Positions 1 to 10,593 are shown, numbered from the stretch's first letter. The stretch: DNA of 64,000 nt from an uncultured Gammaproteobacteria bacterium (GCA_964402565.1 CAYOCJ010000002.1:391340-455339); one strand, 5' to 3'. The notes: generated from the sequence alone by a model not told the origin. A program made the numbers and translations.

Positions 1-2
1 AG

Positions 3-179
3 ACCATCGTCGCAGACAACTGCATTTTCAATACCACCCCGTCTCCCGGCGCCTCCGTGTGTCTGGCCAATGCAGTGCGCGATGCGGCACGCGTCGTCAG
101 CTTCCTGGGCAGCGAGTACAGATTCGACCAGGAAGGCATGGAGCGAGATCTCGGCATTGCCGAGGCACAGACGCGCTGA
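3..179 (+). CDS. 3' end of an unidentified upstream gene (partial)
   Basis: Open frame runs from the window edge to TGA at 177-179 and is more GC-rich than the rest; product not recognised. Confidence 0.25.
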   Translation, partial: TIVADNCIFNTTPSPGASVCLANAVRDAARVVSFLGSEYRFDQEGMERDLGIAEAQTR

Positions 180-201
180 CCAGCATGGTTGTAGAAGTTC
201 G

Positions 202-252
202 GAGCCCTGCGGAATACGTTTCATCGTTTCGCAGGGCTCTTCATTTTCTTTG
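202..252 (+). terminator. Probable intrinsic terminator
   Basis: 10-bp inverted repeat gagccctgcg / cgcagggctc (202-211, 230-239) followed by a T-rich run (ttcattttctttg). Confidence 0.4.
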
Positions 253-286
253 AAAATAAACCTTTTTTTGTTATACTTATTGCTCT

Positions 287-1057
287 ATGGCACGGATAAT
301 TTCAGTAGTAAATCAAAAAGGCGGCGTTGGAAAAACGACCACCACGGTAAACCTCGCAGCCTATCTTGCAGACGCAGGGCATCGCGTCCTGGTCATTGAT
401 ATTGATCCGCAAGGCAATGCATCAGCGGGACTTGGCATTGATTATAAGCATTTGCCGAAAGGCGTGTATGAAGTGTTGGTCGATGAGGCTTTGCCGATGA
501 AGGATGTGATCAAAATGGTGAACGACAATCTGCATGTGGCCCCTTCAACACCTGATCTTGCAGGTGCATCAGTAGAGCTGGTCTCGCATCCGGAGCGGGA
601 ATATGTATTGCGAAAGAATATCGCTGATCTTGAGCCGTTCTATGATTTTATTTTGATAGACAATCCGCCGTCGCTCGGGCTTCTGACCATCAATAGCCTG
701 GTCGCAGCGCGCGAAGTCTTGATCCCCGTGCAATGCGAATACTATGCTTTGGAAGGATTGGGGCAGCTGCTTACCACGATCAACTTGATCAAGGAACATG
801 TAAATCCTGATCTGGAGATCCTGGGAGCAGTGCTGACGATGTTCGACGGGCGCAATCGCCTTGCGGATGCTGTGTTCCATGAATTGTATCAATTCTTCCC
901 GCGGAAGATCTTCCGTTCAGTGATACCGCGCAATGTCCGGCTCGCTGAAGCGCCTTCACATGGCAAAAGCATCAGAGAGTATGATTCAGATTCAAAAGGC
1001 GCCAGAGCATATCGTAAATTGACGCAAGAAATAATCGCTAGCAATGAAACGGCATGA
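287..1057 (+). CDS. parA: Chromosome partitioning ATPase ParA/Soj
   Basis: N-terminal deviant Walker A VVNQKGGVGKTTTTVNLAAYLA; ParA-length ORF overlapping parB by 4 nt. Confidence 0.9.
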   Translation: MARIISVVNQKGGVGKTTTTVNLAAYLADAGHRVLVIDIDPQGNASAGLGIDYKHLPKGVYEVLVDEALPMKDVIKMVNDNLHVAPSTPDLAGASVELVSHPEREYVLRKNIADLEPFYDFILIDNPPSLGLLTINSLVAAREVLIPVQCEYYALEGLGQLLTTINLIKEHVNPDLEILGAVLTMFDGRNRLADAVFHELYQFFPRKIFRSVIPRNVRLAEAPSHGKSIREYDSDSKGARAYRKLTQEIIASNETA

Positions 1058-1926
1058 GCACAGATAAACCAGTACTCGGCAGAGGTTTAAGTTCGCTGAT
1101 CCCTGGCAGCTCTGCAAAGGGAGGAGGTACCGCTTCATGGGGAGCAACCATGAATACGGTTTCCACGGGCGAGCAGATCGTAGAGATTCCGATTGATGCA
1201 ATTGTTGCCAATCCCTGGCAGCCGCGAACGAGCTTTGATCATGACAAGCTTGAGGAGCTCGCTAGTTCTATCAAAGAATTCGGCATCATCCAGCCTTTGG
1301 TCGTTACCTTGAAGGCGCCTGGCCAGTACCAGCTAGTTGCAGGCGAACGCCGGCTGAAAGCAGCGAAGATCATCAACCTCGCTACGGTGCCCGCTGTAGT
1401 GCGCAAGATCGAGGATCAGAAAAAACTTGAAATATCCTTGATCGAGAATGTACAGCGCCATAATTTGAATCCATTGGAAGAAGCAGTTTCCTATAAGCGC
1501 CTCATGGACGAATTTAGCCTGACTCAGGAAGAAGTAGCGCAACGCGTGGGTAAAAGCCGGTCATCGGTGGCAAATTTTTTGCGGCTATTGCATTTGCCGA
1601 AAAGGGTCTTAGAAGCCCTGGAGCAGGAAACGATCACCTTTTCTCATGCGAAGGTCATTCTGAGCTATCAAACCGAGAAGGAACAGCTGAAAGCATTCGA
1701 CCATATCATCAGAGGCAGCTTGAGCGTGGCAGCATCTGCAAAACCGCCCCGAAACCCGCAGAGTCCGCGAGGCGGAGACCCGGTACTTCGCTCCTGGGAA
1801 GAAAAAGTAAAGGCAAAATTGGGATTCTCAGCCCGCATCAAGAAATTGCCGAACGGCGGCGTTATTGAAATTTCTTTTTCCTCAGATGAAGATCTGAAGG
1901 CGCTGCTCGACAGCTTATTGCAGTAA
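1054..1926 (+). CDS. parB: Chromosome partitioning protein ParB/Spo0J
   Basis: ParB box GERRLKAAK and a helix-turn-helix region (EVAQRVGKSRSSVANFLRLL). Confidence 0.9.
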   Translation: MSTDKPVLGRGLSSLIPGSSAKGGGTASWGATMNTVSTGEQIVEIPIDAIVANPWQPRTSFDHDKLEELASSIKEFGIIQPLVVTLKAPGQYQLVAGERRLKAAKIINLATVPAVVRKIEDQKKLEISLIENVQRHNLNPLEEAVSYKRLMDEFSLTQEEVAQRVGKSRSSVANFLRLLHLPKRVLEALEQETITFSHAKVILSYQTEKEQLKAFDHIIRGSLSVAASAKPPRNPQSPRGGDPVLRSWEEKVKAKLGFSARIKKLPNGGVIEISFSSDEDLKALLDSLLQ

Positions 1927-3381
1927 TTATAGTTTAAAGTTCAGCAGTTTTGACTTCTTCAACTGTTGGCGTATTTTTTCCTGCGCCATGGTCGTCTTTG
2001 CTATTTGCAGCCATTCTGGAGAAGGGCTTTTTCTTTTTTTATCTTTTATGATCTCGATCACATCGCCGCTTTTCAGGATCGTATCGAAACTGGCAATATG
2101 GTCATTGATCCGTACGCCTGATGCATGGCTGCCGAGGTCAGAGTGGATATGATAGGCAAAGTCTATCGGTGTTGCATTATCCGGCAGGTCAAGTACATCG
2201 CCATGCGGGGTGAAGACGAAGATGCGATTCTGGAAAATATCGTTCTTAATATTTTTCACGTATTCCATGTCATCCTTGATCTTTTTCTGCCAGCCGATCA
2301 GCTCCGAGATCCAGGCAAGGCTTTTCTTCGACTGCATGGAATTTATTTCCTTATATTTGCTGTGGGCAGCAATACCGTATTCAGCGACCTCATGCATCTC
2401 GATATCGCGGATCTGGAACTCGATGACTTTCCCGAAATCAGTGAATACGGACGTATGCAGACTTTGATAGCCATTTGGTTTCGGCTGCGCAATATAGTCT
2501 TTGATGCGCCCTTTCAATGGCGTCCATTTGCTGTGAATGATGCCAAGCACCAGATAACAGTCAGGCACCGAGGTGACAACGACGCGGAGAGCGATCAGGT
2601 CGTAAATTTTATTGATATCCCAGTTATGCGTCGATAATTTCTTGTACAAGCTGTACATGTGCTTGATGCGGCCCTGGATGTCTATGTACGGGATATGATT
2701 CTTCGCGAGCTCGCGCTCGATCTGATACTGCACTTTATCGATATATTTGGTTTCGTTTTTCAAGCGGTCTTGTGCGAGTGATACTGTTTTTTTATAGTCC
2801 TTCGGGTTGACGTAGGGGAAGGCAGCATCTTCGAGCCTGCTTTTCAATTCGAACATGCCGAGCCGATTCGCTAATGGCGCATAGATCTCCATGGTCTCTT
2901 TTGCAATGCGCAATTGCTTGTCAGGCCTATGCGCCTGCAAGGTCTGTACATTATGTAAATTATTCGCGAGTTTGATCAGGATGACGCGCAGGTCTTTCGA
3001 CATCGCGACGAACAATTTGCGCAGGTTTTCAGCATACCGCTCCATGCCCCGATACTTCAACGGGGAAAGTTTCGTGACACCTTCGACCAAACTCGCGATC
3101 TCCGAACCAAATTCTCTCTTGATCTCATCAAGCGTATGCTCGGTATCCTCGGGCACATCATGCAGCATACCGCCGATAAGAGTCGGCATGTCTACTTTGA
3201 GTTCTGCCAGATAGTAGGTCGTCGCTAAGCAATGATAAATATAATCTTCACCGCTTTTTCGCTTCACGCCGCTATGCGCCTGCAAGGCAAACTCATATGC
3301 TTCTTTGAGCTTGGTCAAATCAGCATTCGGATAGTTTTTGTAGAGGAGTTCCAGCAATGTTTCCCACGTGATCAATTTCAT
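1927..3381 (-). CDS. rel: (p)ppGpp synthetase/hydrolase Rel/SpoT, short form (HD + synthetase + TGS, no ACT tail)
   Basis: HD motif HCLATTYYLAE...LHDVPEDT, RelA/SpoT synthetase block (YQSLHTSV), C-terminal TGS-like segment (VFTPHGDVLDLPDNATPIDFAYHIHSDLG). Start taken at MKLITWE; the ORF track extends to 3450. Confidence 0.8.
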   Translation of the reverse strand: MKLITWETLLELLYKNYPNADLTKLKEAYEFALQAHSGVKRKSGEDYIYHCLATTYYLAELKVDMPTLIGGMLHDVPEDTEHTLDEIKREFGSEIASLVEGVTKLSPLKYRGMERYAENLRKLFVAMSKDLRVILIKLANNLHNVQTLQAHRPDKQLRIAKETMEIYAPLANRLGMFELKSRLEDAAFPYVNPKDYKKTVSLAQDRLKNETKYIDKVQYQIERELAKNHIPYIDIQGRIKHMYSLYKKLSTHNWDINKIYDLIALRVVVTSVPDCYLVLGIIHSKWTPLKGRIKDYIAQPKPNGYQSLHTSVFTDFGKVIEFQIRDIEMHEVAEYGIAAHSKYKEINSMQSKKSLAWISELIGWQKKIKDDMEYVKNIKNDIFQNRIFVFTPHGDVLDLPDNATPIDFAYHIHSDLGSHASGVRINDHIASFDTILKSGDVIEIIKDKKRKSPSPEWLQIAKTTMAQEKIRQQLKKSKLLNFKL

Positions 3382-3551
3382 ATAGACACCGTAGCATATA
3401 CAAAAGAGCCTCGGCAAGCTAGTCGAGGTCTCGTCATCTCGACGACGCAATAGCGGAGGAGAGATCTCACAGTTTCTGTACTAGGGAGATTCCTCCCCGC
3501 CCAGGGCGGGTCGGAATGACAGCGGGTAGGTCCGGCGCGAAATGACCCAGG

Positions 3552-5771
3552 TTATTCAGTCTTCACTGCTTCTTTTTTGAAACCGCATTTATTCGAACAA
3601 ACGATCATATCTTTCGCCGCATAGGTCAGGAGGCTTTGGCAGTCCGGGCATTTCTCGCCAGTCGGTTTCTGCCAGAGGGCAAATTCGCATTTCGGGTATC
3701 TATTGCAGCTGAAGAAGATCTTGCCGCGCTTGCTTCTTTTCTGAATGATATCGCCTTCGCCGCATTTCGGGCACTTCACGCCAGTCAATATTTCTTTGCT
3801 CTTGATATTTTTGCAATCAGGGTATCCGGAACAGCCTAGGAAGGTTCCGAAGCGTCCGTGCTTCACGACCATCGGCTTGCCGCATTTGTCGCAGATCTCG
3901 TCGGTGGTTTCAGGCTCCTGCACTGAATTGTCTTTATTCAGCTGCTTGGTGTTCTTGCAATCTGGATAGCCGGTGCAGGCGAGGAATTTGCCGAAGCGGC
4001 CGATCTTGATCACCATCGGCTTGCCGCATTTATCGCAGATCTCGTCGGTTTTTTCCTCGGTTATCTCTTTCTTATCGAGTTCCTTATTTTTGATCTCGAT
4101 CTCTTTTTTGAACGGGACATAAAAGCTCTTGATCACCGGCTGCCATTTCTTCTCGCCTTCAGCGACCTTATCCAGATCTAATTCCATTTCAGCAGTAAAA
4201 TCATAGTCTACGATCTTCGGGAAATGCTTGACCAGGAGATCATTCACCAAGGTTCCGATCTGGGTCGGATGCAGCCGTTTGTCTTCAGGTTTTTCTACGT
4301 ATTTCCTGTCGATGATGGTGGCAATGGTCGGCGCATAGGTGGATGGACGGCCGATGCCGCGTTCTTCTAATGCCTTTACCAGGCCAGCTTCAGAGTAGCG
4401 CGCCGGCGGCTGGGTGAAATGCTGGAATGCGTCAATGCTTTCAAGTTTCGCTGTATCGCCTTTTGCGAGTTTTGGAAGATCTACTTCATCAGCTTTCTTC
4501 ACGCGATATACTTTTTGCCAGCCGTCGAACATGACGACCGATCCGGATGCCCGCAATGTATACTCAGTGCCGTCAGCATTGAATTCCACGGTCGTTGCTT
4601 CAGTTATGCTGGCAGGCATTTGGCTTGCGAGCGCGCGCGACCATATCAGTTGATAGAGCCGCAATTGCCGGGAATCAAGATAATTTTTCACACTGTCCGG
4701 GGTCAAGGTAATATCGGTCGGGCGGATAGCTTCATGGGCTTCCTGTGCATTCTTTGATTTGTTCTTGAATTGCCGGCCGCCTTCGACAAGGTACTCTTTG
4801 CCGATATGCCCCGGAATGAAATCTTGCACTGCTTTGACAAAATCATCCGCGAGATTCAGGGAATCAGTACGCATATAGGTAATAAGACCGGTCTGACCTG
4901 CTTCACCAAGTTCGATGCCTTCGTATAATTGCTGTGCCAGCATCATGGTCTGTTTAGCTGAGAAGCCAAGTGCATGGTTCGCCTCGATTTGCAAAGCAGA
5001 GGTCGTGAATGGGGGCAATGGTTGTTTCTGAACTGTCTTGCTCACGATCGAGGAGACGATCAATTTCTTTCCTTTCATCTCAGCAACTGCTTTTTGTGCC
5101 TCTTTTTCCTGCACGTCGAATTTCTTCAGGCGATCGCCTTTGCTATGCGAGAGCAGAACCGGGAATGTCTTGTCATTTTTCGATGCGGTACCGTCAACGG
5201 TCCAGTATTCTTCAGCTTTGAATGCCTTGATCTCGTCTTCGCGTTCGCAAATGAGCCGTACTGCAACGGATTGTACGCGTCCGGCAGATAAACCCCGAGC
5301 GACTTTTTTCCAGAGTAACGGTGATAATTCGTACCCGACCAAACGGTCCAGGATACGCCGTGCCTGCTGAGCGTTGACCAGATCCAGGTTCAATTTCGCC
5401 GGGTGTGTGAGCGCTTCGAGGATTGCTTTTTTTGTAATTTCATGGAAGACAATACGCTCTACTTTATTGTCGGGCAATTCAAAGAGCTGTTGTAAATGCC
5501 AGCTGATCGCTTCGCCTTCGCGGTCAGAGTCTGTCGCGAAATAGATATGGTCTGCTTTGGCAGCTGCTTTTTTCAGCTCGGTTGCATGGGCTTTTGCCTT
5601 CAGGGGGATCACATATTGCGGTTCGAAATCATTATCAAAATCAATACCCATCTTCGATTTCGGCAGGTCGCGCACATGCCCGTAGGAAGATTTAATAGTG
5701 AACTCTTTCCCCAAGAATTTACTGATCGTTTTCGCTTTTGTCGGAGATTCTACGATGACCAAATTTTTCAT
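3552..5771 (-). CDS. topA: DNA topoisomerase I
   Basis: Toprim N-terminus (MKNLVIVESPTKAKTI), catalytic region (ITYMRTDS), three C-terminal zinc ribbons (CDKCGKPMV..GRFGKFLAC.GYPDC). Confidence 0.92.
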   Translation of the reverse strand: MKNLVIVESPTKAKTISKFLGKEFTIKSSYGHVRDLPKSKMGIDFDNDFEPQYVIPLKAKAHATELKKAAAKADHIYFATDSDREGEAISWHLQQLFELPDNKVERIVFHEITKKAILEALTHPAKLNLDLVNAQQARRILDRLVGYELSPLLWKKVARGLSAGRVQSVAVRLICEREDEIKAFKAEEYWTVDGTASKNDKTFPVLLSHSKGDRLKKFDVQEKEAQKAVAEMKGKKLIVSSIVSKTVQKQPLPPFTTSALQIEANHALGFSAKQTMMLAQQLYEGIELGEAGQTGLITYMRTDSLNLADDFVKAVQDFIPGHIGKEYLVEGGRQFKNKSKNAQEAHEAIRPTDITLTPDSVKNYLDSRQLRLYQLIWSRALASQMPASITEATTVEFNADGTEYTLRASGSVVMFDGWQKVYRVKKADEVDLPKLAKGDTAKLESIDAFQHFTQPPARYSEAGLVKALEERGIGRPSTYAPTIATIIDRKYVEKPEDKRLHPTQIGTLVNDLLVKHFPKIVDYDFTAEMELDLDKVAEGEKKWQPVIKSFYVPFKKEIEIKNKELDKKEITEEKTDEICDKCGKPMVIKIGRFGKFLACTGYPDCKNTKQLNKDNSVQEPETTDEICDKCGKPMVVKHGRFGTFLGCSGYPDCKNIKSKEILTGVKCPKCGEGDIIQKRSKRGKIFFSCNRYPKCEFALWQKPTGEKCPDCQSLLTYAAKDMIVCSNKCGFKKEAVKTE

Positions 5772-5823
5772 GAGGTAATTTCATACCATACAATAAGAGC
5801 ACGTGTCAAATGATAGTACAAAA

Positions 5824-6705
5824 TTATTTCAAAAAAATATTTCCATCCGCGCCGCTCTCTATCCATCCCTTGATCTCTAATTTTGTTATAGCCGGGCTCA
5901 CTTCAGCGCTGCTCATACCGAGCTTCAGCAGCAGCTCTTGCATGCTTTGAGACCGCTCCTGCAGAAGCGAAATGACCGCTTGTTCATGCGCATCATCCGA
6001 TGCATAGCTCTTTTTTGCAACCGTGCTTAATCCAAAATACTCCAAGATGTCGTTCGCCGACAGGGCAGGGGAAGCCCCTTGCTGCAGCATGAGATTATTC
6101 CCCTCGTAGAGCGGATCAAATACATTGCCAGGAATAGCAAAGACATCATTGCCGTATTCGAGGGCTAGTTTTGCGGTGATGAGTGCGCCTGACTTTTTCG
6201 CGGCTGAGAGCACCAGGGTCGCTTTGCCTAATGCGGCGATGATCTGATTGCGTATCGGGAAGTTATACGGCATGATCTCGGTCTTTGGAGGGAATGGTGA
6301 GAGCAGCAGTCCGCCATGCGCTAGGATCTTTTCAGCAAGAGGCATATTGGTGCGGGGATATATTTCATCAGGTTCTACGCTTGATCCGAGCACCGCAATG
6401 GTCGGCAGTCTATTCTCAAGTGCGATCTGATGCGCAAGTGCATCCATGCCAAGCGCAAGGCCGCTGACTATGCATATACTCTGGTTGAGGATGCGATCAA
6501 GTATATAATGAGAATTTCTCTGATTGCTCGGAGCCATCACCCTGCTCCCCACGACAGACAGTAAAAACTTGTCTTTGAGTAACGTAACGTTACCCCGATA
6601 GTATATGAGCGGAGGAGGAGAAACTAATGCTTGAACTGATCCCGGATACAGTTCAGTACCTGGAAACAGTACGCCCGACGGCGTAGATGTGATATCGCTT
6701 TTCAT
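5824..6705 (-). CDS. dprA: DNA processing protein DprA/Smf
   Basis: DprA Rossmann core (VVGSR...IVSGLALGMDALAHQIAL...TIAVLGSSVE...FPIRNQIIA...VFAIPG); conserved smf-topA adjacency. Confidence 0.85.
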   Translation of the reverse strand: MKSDITSTPSGVLFPGTELYPGSVQALVSPPPLIYYRGNVTLLKDKFLLSVVGSRVMAPSNQRNSHYILDRILNQSICIVSGLALGMDALAHQIALENRLPTIAVLGSSVEPDEIYPRTNMPLAEKILAHGGLLLSPFPPKTEIMPYNFPIRNQIIAALGKATLVLSAAKKSGALITAKLALEYGNDVFAIPGNVFDPLYEGNNLMLQQGASPALSANDILEYFGLSTVAKKSYASDDAHEQAVISLLQERSQSMQELLLKLGMSSAEVSPAITKLEIKGWIESGADGNIFLK

Positions 6706-6912
6706 ACGATCTTTTTATTCTATATAAAAGGCCGGACAAGGGCAACCAGGCCTTATATGACTAGGGTTGACACCTCTCAATCTATATGATAAGTTCGCCT
6801 GTCGGTTAAAAACCGGCATTAAAAAACCGCCTTGTGTGTTGGTCACGGAACTGATGTAACATCCCTCCTTGTTACACTCATATTCCATGTGGCCAGCACC
6901 TAGGGCGGCTTT

Positions 6913-7464
6913 TTAGTTGTAGATGGCAGCGGCTTCGGTAAGCCCGGATCTCAGGACGGTCTCGATGGCGCCGACCGCTTCAGCGAAGAATTCGTCCAGG
7001 GCTTTTTCCTGATCCTTGGACCAGCGTCCCAGCACATAGCCTGCAGCATCGCCGAGTTTCGGCCCGATGCCTAATCTGACGCGGATGAAGTCGCTCGAAT
7101 CAAGCCGTTCGATAATTGATTTGATCCCATTATGCCCGCCGCTCGATGTATTGCGGCTGACGCGTATGCTGCCAAAGGGCAGGTCAATATCATCATAGAC
7201 AATAATCACATCGCTTGCCTGGACCGTATAGTATTGTGCAAGCGATCCGACGGCAAATCCTGAATCATTCATATAGTCTTCTGATAATGCGCAGATGATG
7301 CGCTCGCCGTCGACAGATCCTGCAGCTGCTTTTGCATGAGCATCATGCTTTTTGAACGAGAGCGAATGCTCAGATGCGAATAATTCGAGAGCGCGGGCTC
7401 CTGCATTGTGGCGCGTATTCTGGTACTCTGTTCCGGGATTCCCCAGACCGATGATAAGTTTCAT
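6913..7464 (-). CDS. pth: Peptidyl-tRNA hydrolase
   Basis: MKLIIGLGNPGTEYQNTRHNAG N-terminus; start taken at MKLI rather than the upstream ATG of the ORF track. Confidence 0.85.
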   Translation of the reverse strand: MKLIIGLGNPGTEYQNTRHNAGARALELFASEHSLSFKKHDAHAKAAAGSVDGERIICALSEDYMNDSGFAVGSLAQYYTVQASDVIIVYDDIDLPFGSIRVSRNTSSGGHNGIKSIIERLDSSDFIRVRLGIGPKLGDAAGYVLGRWSKDQEKALDEFFAEAVGAIETVLRSGLTEAAAIYN

Positions 7465-7465
7465 A

Positions 7466-8839
7466 TTATTTTTTCTTTTTGGAGATACGCGCGCCTCCGG
7501 CCACATGGTCGCCCTGCGTGCGGTATTTCTCGACCCAGATCTTGATCGGAGATCCCTGGAAACCGAATTTATCCCGCAACGACGTTTCGATGTAGTTCAA
7601 GTACGTATAGTTCAAGCTGGTATCCTCGCCGATCTGAACCACAAATTGCGGAGGATTGATGCCCATCTGTTTTACTCTATAGATATAGGGTTTATTCGTA
7701 CCTTTGCCTGTCGTAGGCTTGTGCCGTTTCAGTACCAGCTTCATAAACTTGCTCATCGCATTGTCTTCGATCTTCCTGAATTTTTCATGATAGACCTGAA
7801 TGACGGCTTGCTTCAGCCGAGTGAGCTTCGTTTTCTCAGATGCTGACATGAAGATGATCGGAGCCCAGTCAATGAAATTAAATTCTTTTTTGTAGTATTT
7901 CGTGAATTCGTTCACCTTGGTCTCGTCTTTGTCCGGAATCAGGTCCCATTTATTGCCGACGATGACTACGGCCGCATTCGAATCGTGGATGAGCTGCGCG
8001 AGCTGGCGATCCTGAGCAGTGAGCCGCTTGTTCGCCTCGGTCATGAAGATGATAACATCTGCCTTTCGTATGCTCTCAAGGCTCTGATCTACGCTTTCTT
8101 TCTCAATGCCGCCCCGGTCAATACGGGCTTTCCTTCGGATGCCGGCTGTATCGATCAAGGTGATGGACTGGTTCTCATAGGTCAGGCGTATCATGGTCGC
8201 ATCGCGGGTAGTATACGGATCGTCATAGACAATCGACCGTTCTGCGCCGACCAATGCGTTTACTAACGATGATTTGCCGACATTCGGTTTACCGATGATG
8301 GCGACCGTGATAGTCGGCTCATCGATTGCAGCTTTCATCGGGATCTTTTTTGCCACTGCATCCAGCAGGTCGCCGGTGCCGGAGCCGGTTGCCGCCGACA
8401 CTGCGAACGGGCCGCCGAGCCCCAGTTCATAGAATTCATTGATGGAAGCAACATCGCGCTTGCCGTCAACTTTATTTGCAACGAGGAGGATAGGAGTATG
8501 AATATGCGAACGCAAGAATCGTGCAATGCTTTCATCGACCGGCGTAATGCCGGCCTTGGTGTCTACGACGAATAAGATCAGATCAGCATCCTGCGCTGCC
8601 ATCGTTGCCTGCTCTGCTATTTTTTTCTCGATCGGATTATGCGTATCGACATCCAGTCCGCCGGTGTCGATGATGGTGAATGTTTTGCCGAGCCAAATGC
8701 AGTCATTTTCTTTTCTGTCGCGTGTCGTACCTGCGATATCAGAAACCAGCGCTTTGGGTCCTGAGCTTAAGCGATTGAACAAGGTTGATTTGCCGACATT
8801 TGCTCTGCCGATGATTGCGACTCGTGCGCGTGAAGCCAT
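7466..8839 (-). CDS. der: Ribosome-associated GTPase Der/EngA
   Basis: Two tandem GTPase domains (IIGRANVGKSTLFNRL and IIGKPNVGKSSLVNAL) plus a KH-like C-terminus. Confidence 0.9.
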   Translation of the reverse strand: MASRARVAIIGRANVGKSTLFNRLSSGPKALVSDIAGTTRDRKENDCIWLGKTFTIIDTGGLDVDTHNPIEKKIAEQATMAAQDADLILFVVDTKAGITPVDESIARFLRSHIHTPILLVANKVDGKRDVASINEFYELGLGGPFAVSAATGSGTGDLLDAVAKKIPMKAAIDEPTITVAIIGKPNVGKSSLVNALVGAERSIVYDDPYTTRDATMIRLTYENQSITLIDTAGIRRKARIDRGGIEKESVDQSLESIRKADVIIFMTEANKRLTAQDRQLAQLIHDSNAAVVIVGNKWDLIPDKDETKVNEFTKYYKKEFNFIDWAPIIFMSASEKTKLTRLKQAVIQVYHEKFRKIEDNAMSKFMKLVLKRHKPTTGKGTNKPYIYRVKQMGINPPQFVVQIGEDTSLNYTYLNYIETSLRDKFGFQGSPIKIWVEKYRTQGDHVAGGARISKKKK

Positions 8840-8846
8840 AGATAGG

Positions 8847-10415
8847 TTATTGGGGGATCTTGTCGAAGCTGAACGTCGAGGTTGGCGTCGACGTTGTGGT
8901 GCTGGTAGCTCGCAGTTCTGCGGGCGTCAATGTTCGTATGATCTCGAGCGATCCCTTTTGCTCTACATCTTGGCCCAGAATGACGAGAAAATCAAGCTGT
9001 TTATAATTCCCCGCATCATCTTTCAGGTTCCATAATCGAGAGAGCGTCGTCGGCACGAATTCAAGCGGTATATTGGTTTCTGCCGTCACGCCGAAACGGG
9101 CCTGGAGATAGGCGAGGGTCAGTTTTTTTGAGCCATCGGTAAAATCATAGATCCGCGTCGTGGCATAGTCTTGTTTTGCGGCATTGCCTACGGCAACTGG
9201 TTTCATGCCTGCTTTCTCAAGTGACGTGCTGACGGTTGATGCGATATTCGGGATCGACGTTCCATTTTGGATCATTACCTGCGGGTCTTCATTATGAATA
9301 CCATTATCTTTGAAAATATTTTGTATGAGCGTCTGCAATTCCAAGAAATTGCCGGTCGCTGGCTGCAAAATATAGGCCCCATCGATAGAAGAAATGCCGC
9401 TGTGGAGATATCCGGTCGGCGAATCATCGAGGACCGCGCTATACATTTTTTTCATATCGATATCCTTGCCCAGATGGACCAGCTTCACCAATTCCCACGG
9501 CTCCATATCGGTCTTGGTATATTGATTGACGAGGTCGAATAGAGAAGTAAGTTTCAGAGGATTGAAGAGCGTATTGAATGACGCGAGTTTTTCTTTGGTC
9601 GCGAGAATGATCTTCTGCTGGCGCTTGCTGCGGGCAAAATCAGAACCCTCATTATTATTGCCGTGGCGCGAACGTGCGAAACGAAGCGCAGTCAGTCCGT
9701 CCATTTTTTGGCTGCCTTTCTTGAACGTAATGGTCTGTGTCTTAAAATCTGCGGTCGGGAATTCAGAGTCGCTGAAATCACGATCCACCGTGACTGTCAC
9801 GCCGCCGATCGTATCGATGACCTTGATAAAACCGTCGAAGTCCACGACGCCCATATAGTGGATCGGTATGCCGAAGGTCTTGCCGATCGTGTCCTTTGTT
9901 TTCTCGAACGCTGCTTCGAGCCCGTCCTTCTGGCTGAGGGCGTAAATATGATTGATTTTGATATAGGAGCCGGATCCGTCTGGCACGATGAGGTCGCGCG
10001 GTATCGAGATCATAGCGACTTCTTTCGTTGAAGGCTTGAGGCTTCCCAGAATGATCGTGTCAGTGAGATAGGGCCCTTCATGCCCGGGACCGCCGATGCC
10101 CATGAGAAGAAAATTGATCCGGTCGCTATCTTCGCCTTTTAATTTATTTGCTCCTGCTGAGAAAATATGCGTCAACTGCCGCATGATGAAGCCGTTTTTC
10201 ACGCCGACGAAGAATGAATTGTTCGAGCGGGAGATGATGGTGGTGCAGCTGGTGAGGATCAGGATGAGAACGATAAAAAAACACGAGAAGAATCTCATGC
10301 GCCGGCGCGGCGTTCGATCCTTGGGGTTCTGCTCCGGTGCGACCTGATCAAGTACCGTGGTGTCGAATCCTTGGGAAACGCCTCGATTGCTGCGATTAGA
10401 TGATTGCGTGTTCAA
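8847..10415 (-). CDS. LytR-CpsA-Psr (LCP) family cell-envelope phosphotransferase
   Basis: N-terminal TM helix, LCP core (INFLLMGIGGPGHEGPYLTDTIILGSL...ISIPRDL), C-terminal LytR_C-like region; exact start (10415 vs ~10298) uncertain. Confidence 0.7.
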   Translation of the reverse strand: MNTQSSNRSNRGVSQGFDTTVLDQVAPEQNPKDRTPRRRMRFFSCFFIVLILILTSCTTIISRSNNSFFVGVKNGFIMRQLTHIFSAGANKLKGEDSDRINFLLMGIGGPGHEGPYLTDTIILGSLKPSTKEVAMISIPRDLIVPDGSGSYIKINHIYALSQKDGLEAAFEKTKDTIGKTFGIPIHYMGVVDFDGFIKVIDTIGGVTVTVDRDFSDSEFPTADFKTQTITFKKGSQKMDGLTALRFARSRHGNNNEGSDFARSKRQQKIILATKEKLASFNTLFNPLKLTSLFDLVNQYTKTDMEPWELVKLVHLGKDIDMKKMYSAVLDDSPTGYLHSGISSIDGAYILQPATGNFLELQTLIQNIFKDNGIHNEDPQVMIQNGTSIPNIASTVSTSLEKAGMKPVAVGNAAKQDYATTRIYDFTDGSKKLTLAYLQARFGVTAETNIPLEFVPTTLSRLWNLKDDAGNYKQLDFLVILGQDVEQKGSLEIIRTLTPAELRATSTTTSTPTSTFSFDKIPQ

Positions 10416-10593
10416 ATGCGTATGTAATGAAGTGATTTCTGGTAGAAGCAGTATACAAAGTTACTGCGCTTGGGTCAATTTGTGCTCGATACTATTTTCT
10501 GCTATTCTGCTTGAAAGTTTTAGCGGTTTTACGTGTAGTATAAAATACGCTATACTACTTACTTGTTACACTAAAGTTAGGCATCTATTTCAT

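Noticed and set aside
59-399. ORFs 59..253 and 70..399 at the start of the window
   Set aside because: They overlap a clear terminator hairpin, the parA upstream region and the start of parA itself. They have no recognisable motifs and likely come from a GC-rich 3' end of an upstream gene plus chance frames.
3451-3551. GC-rich inverted repeat ccccgcccagggcggg between rel and topA
   Set aside because: No adjacent T- or A-tract on either strand, so it cannot be called a terminator with confidence. It may be a weak structural element or chance.
6706-6912. About 200-nt gap between dprA and pth with short hairpins (cggtt-aaaa-accg and others)
   Set aside because: The hairpins are short (5 bp or fewer) and lack convincing T-tracts. 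Nothing tRNA-like or ORF-like was seen.
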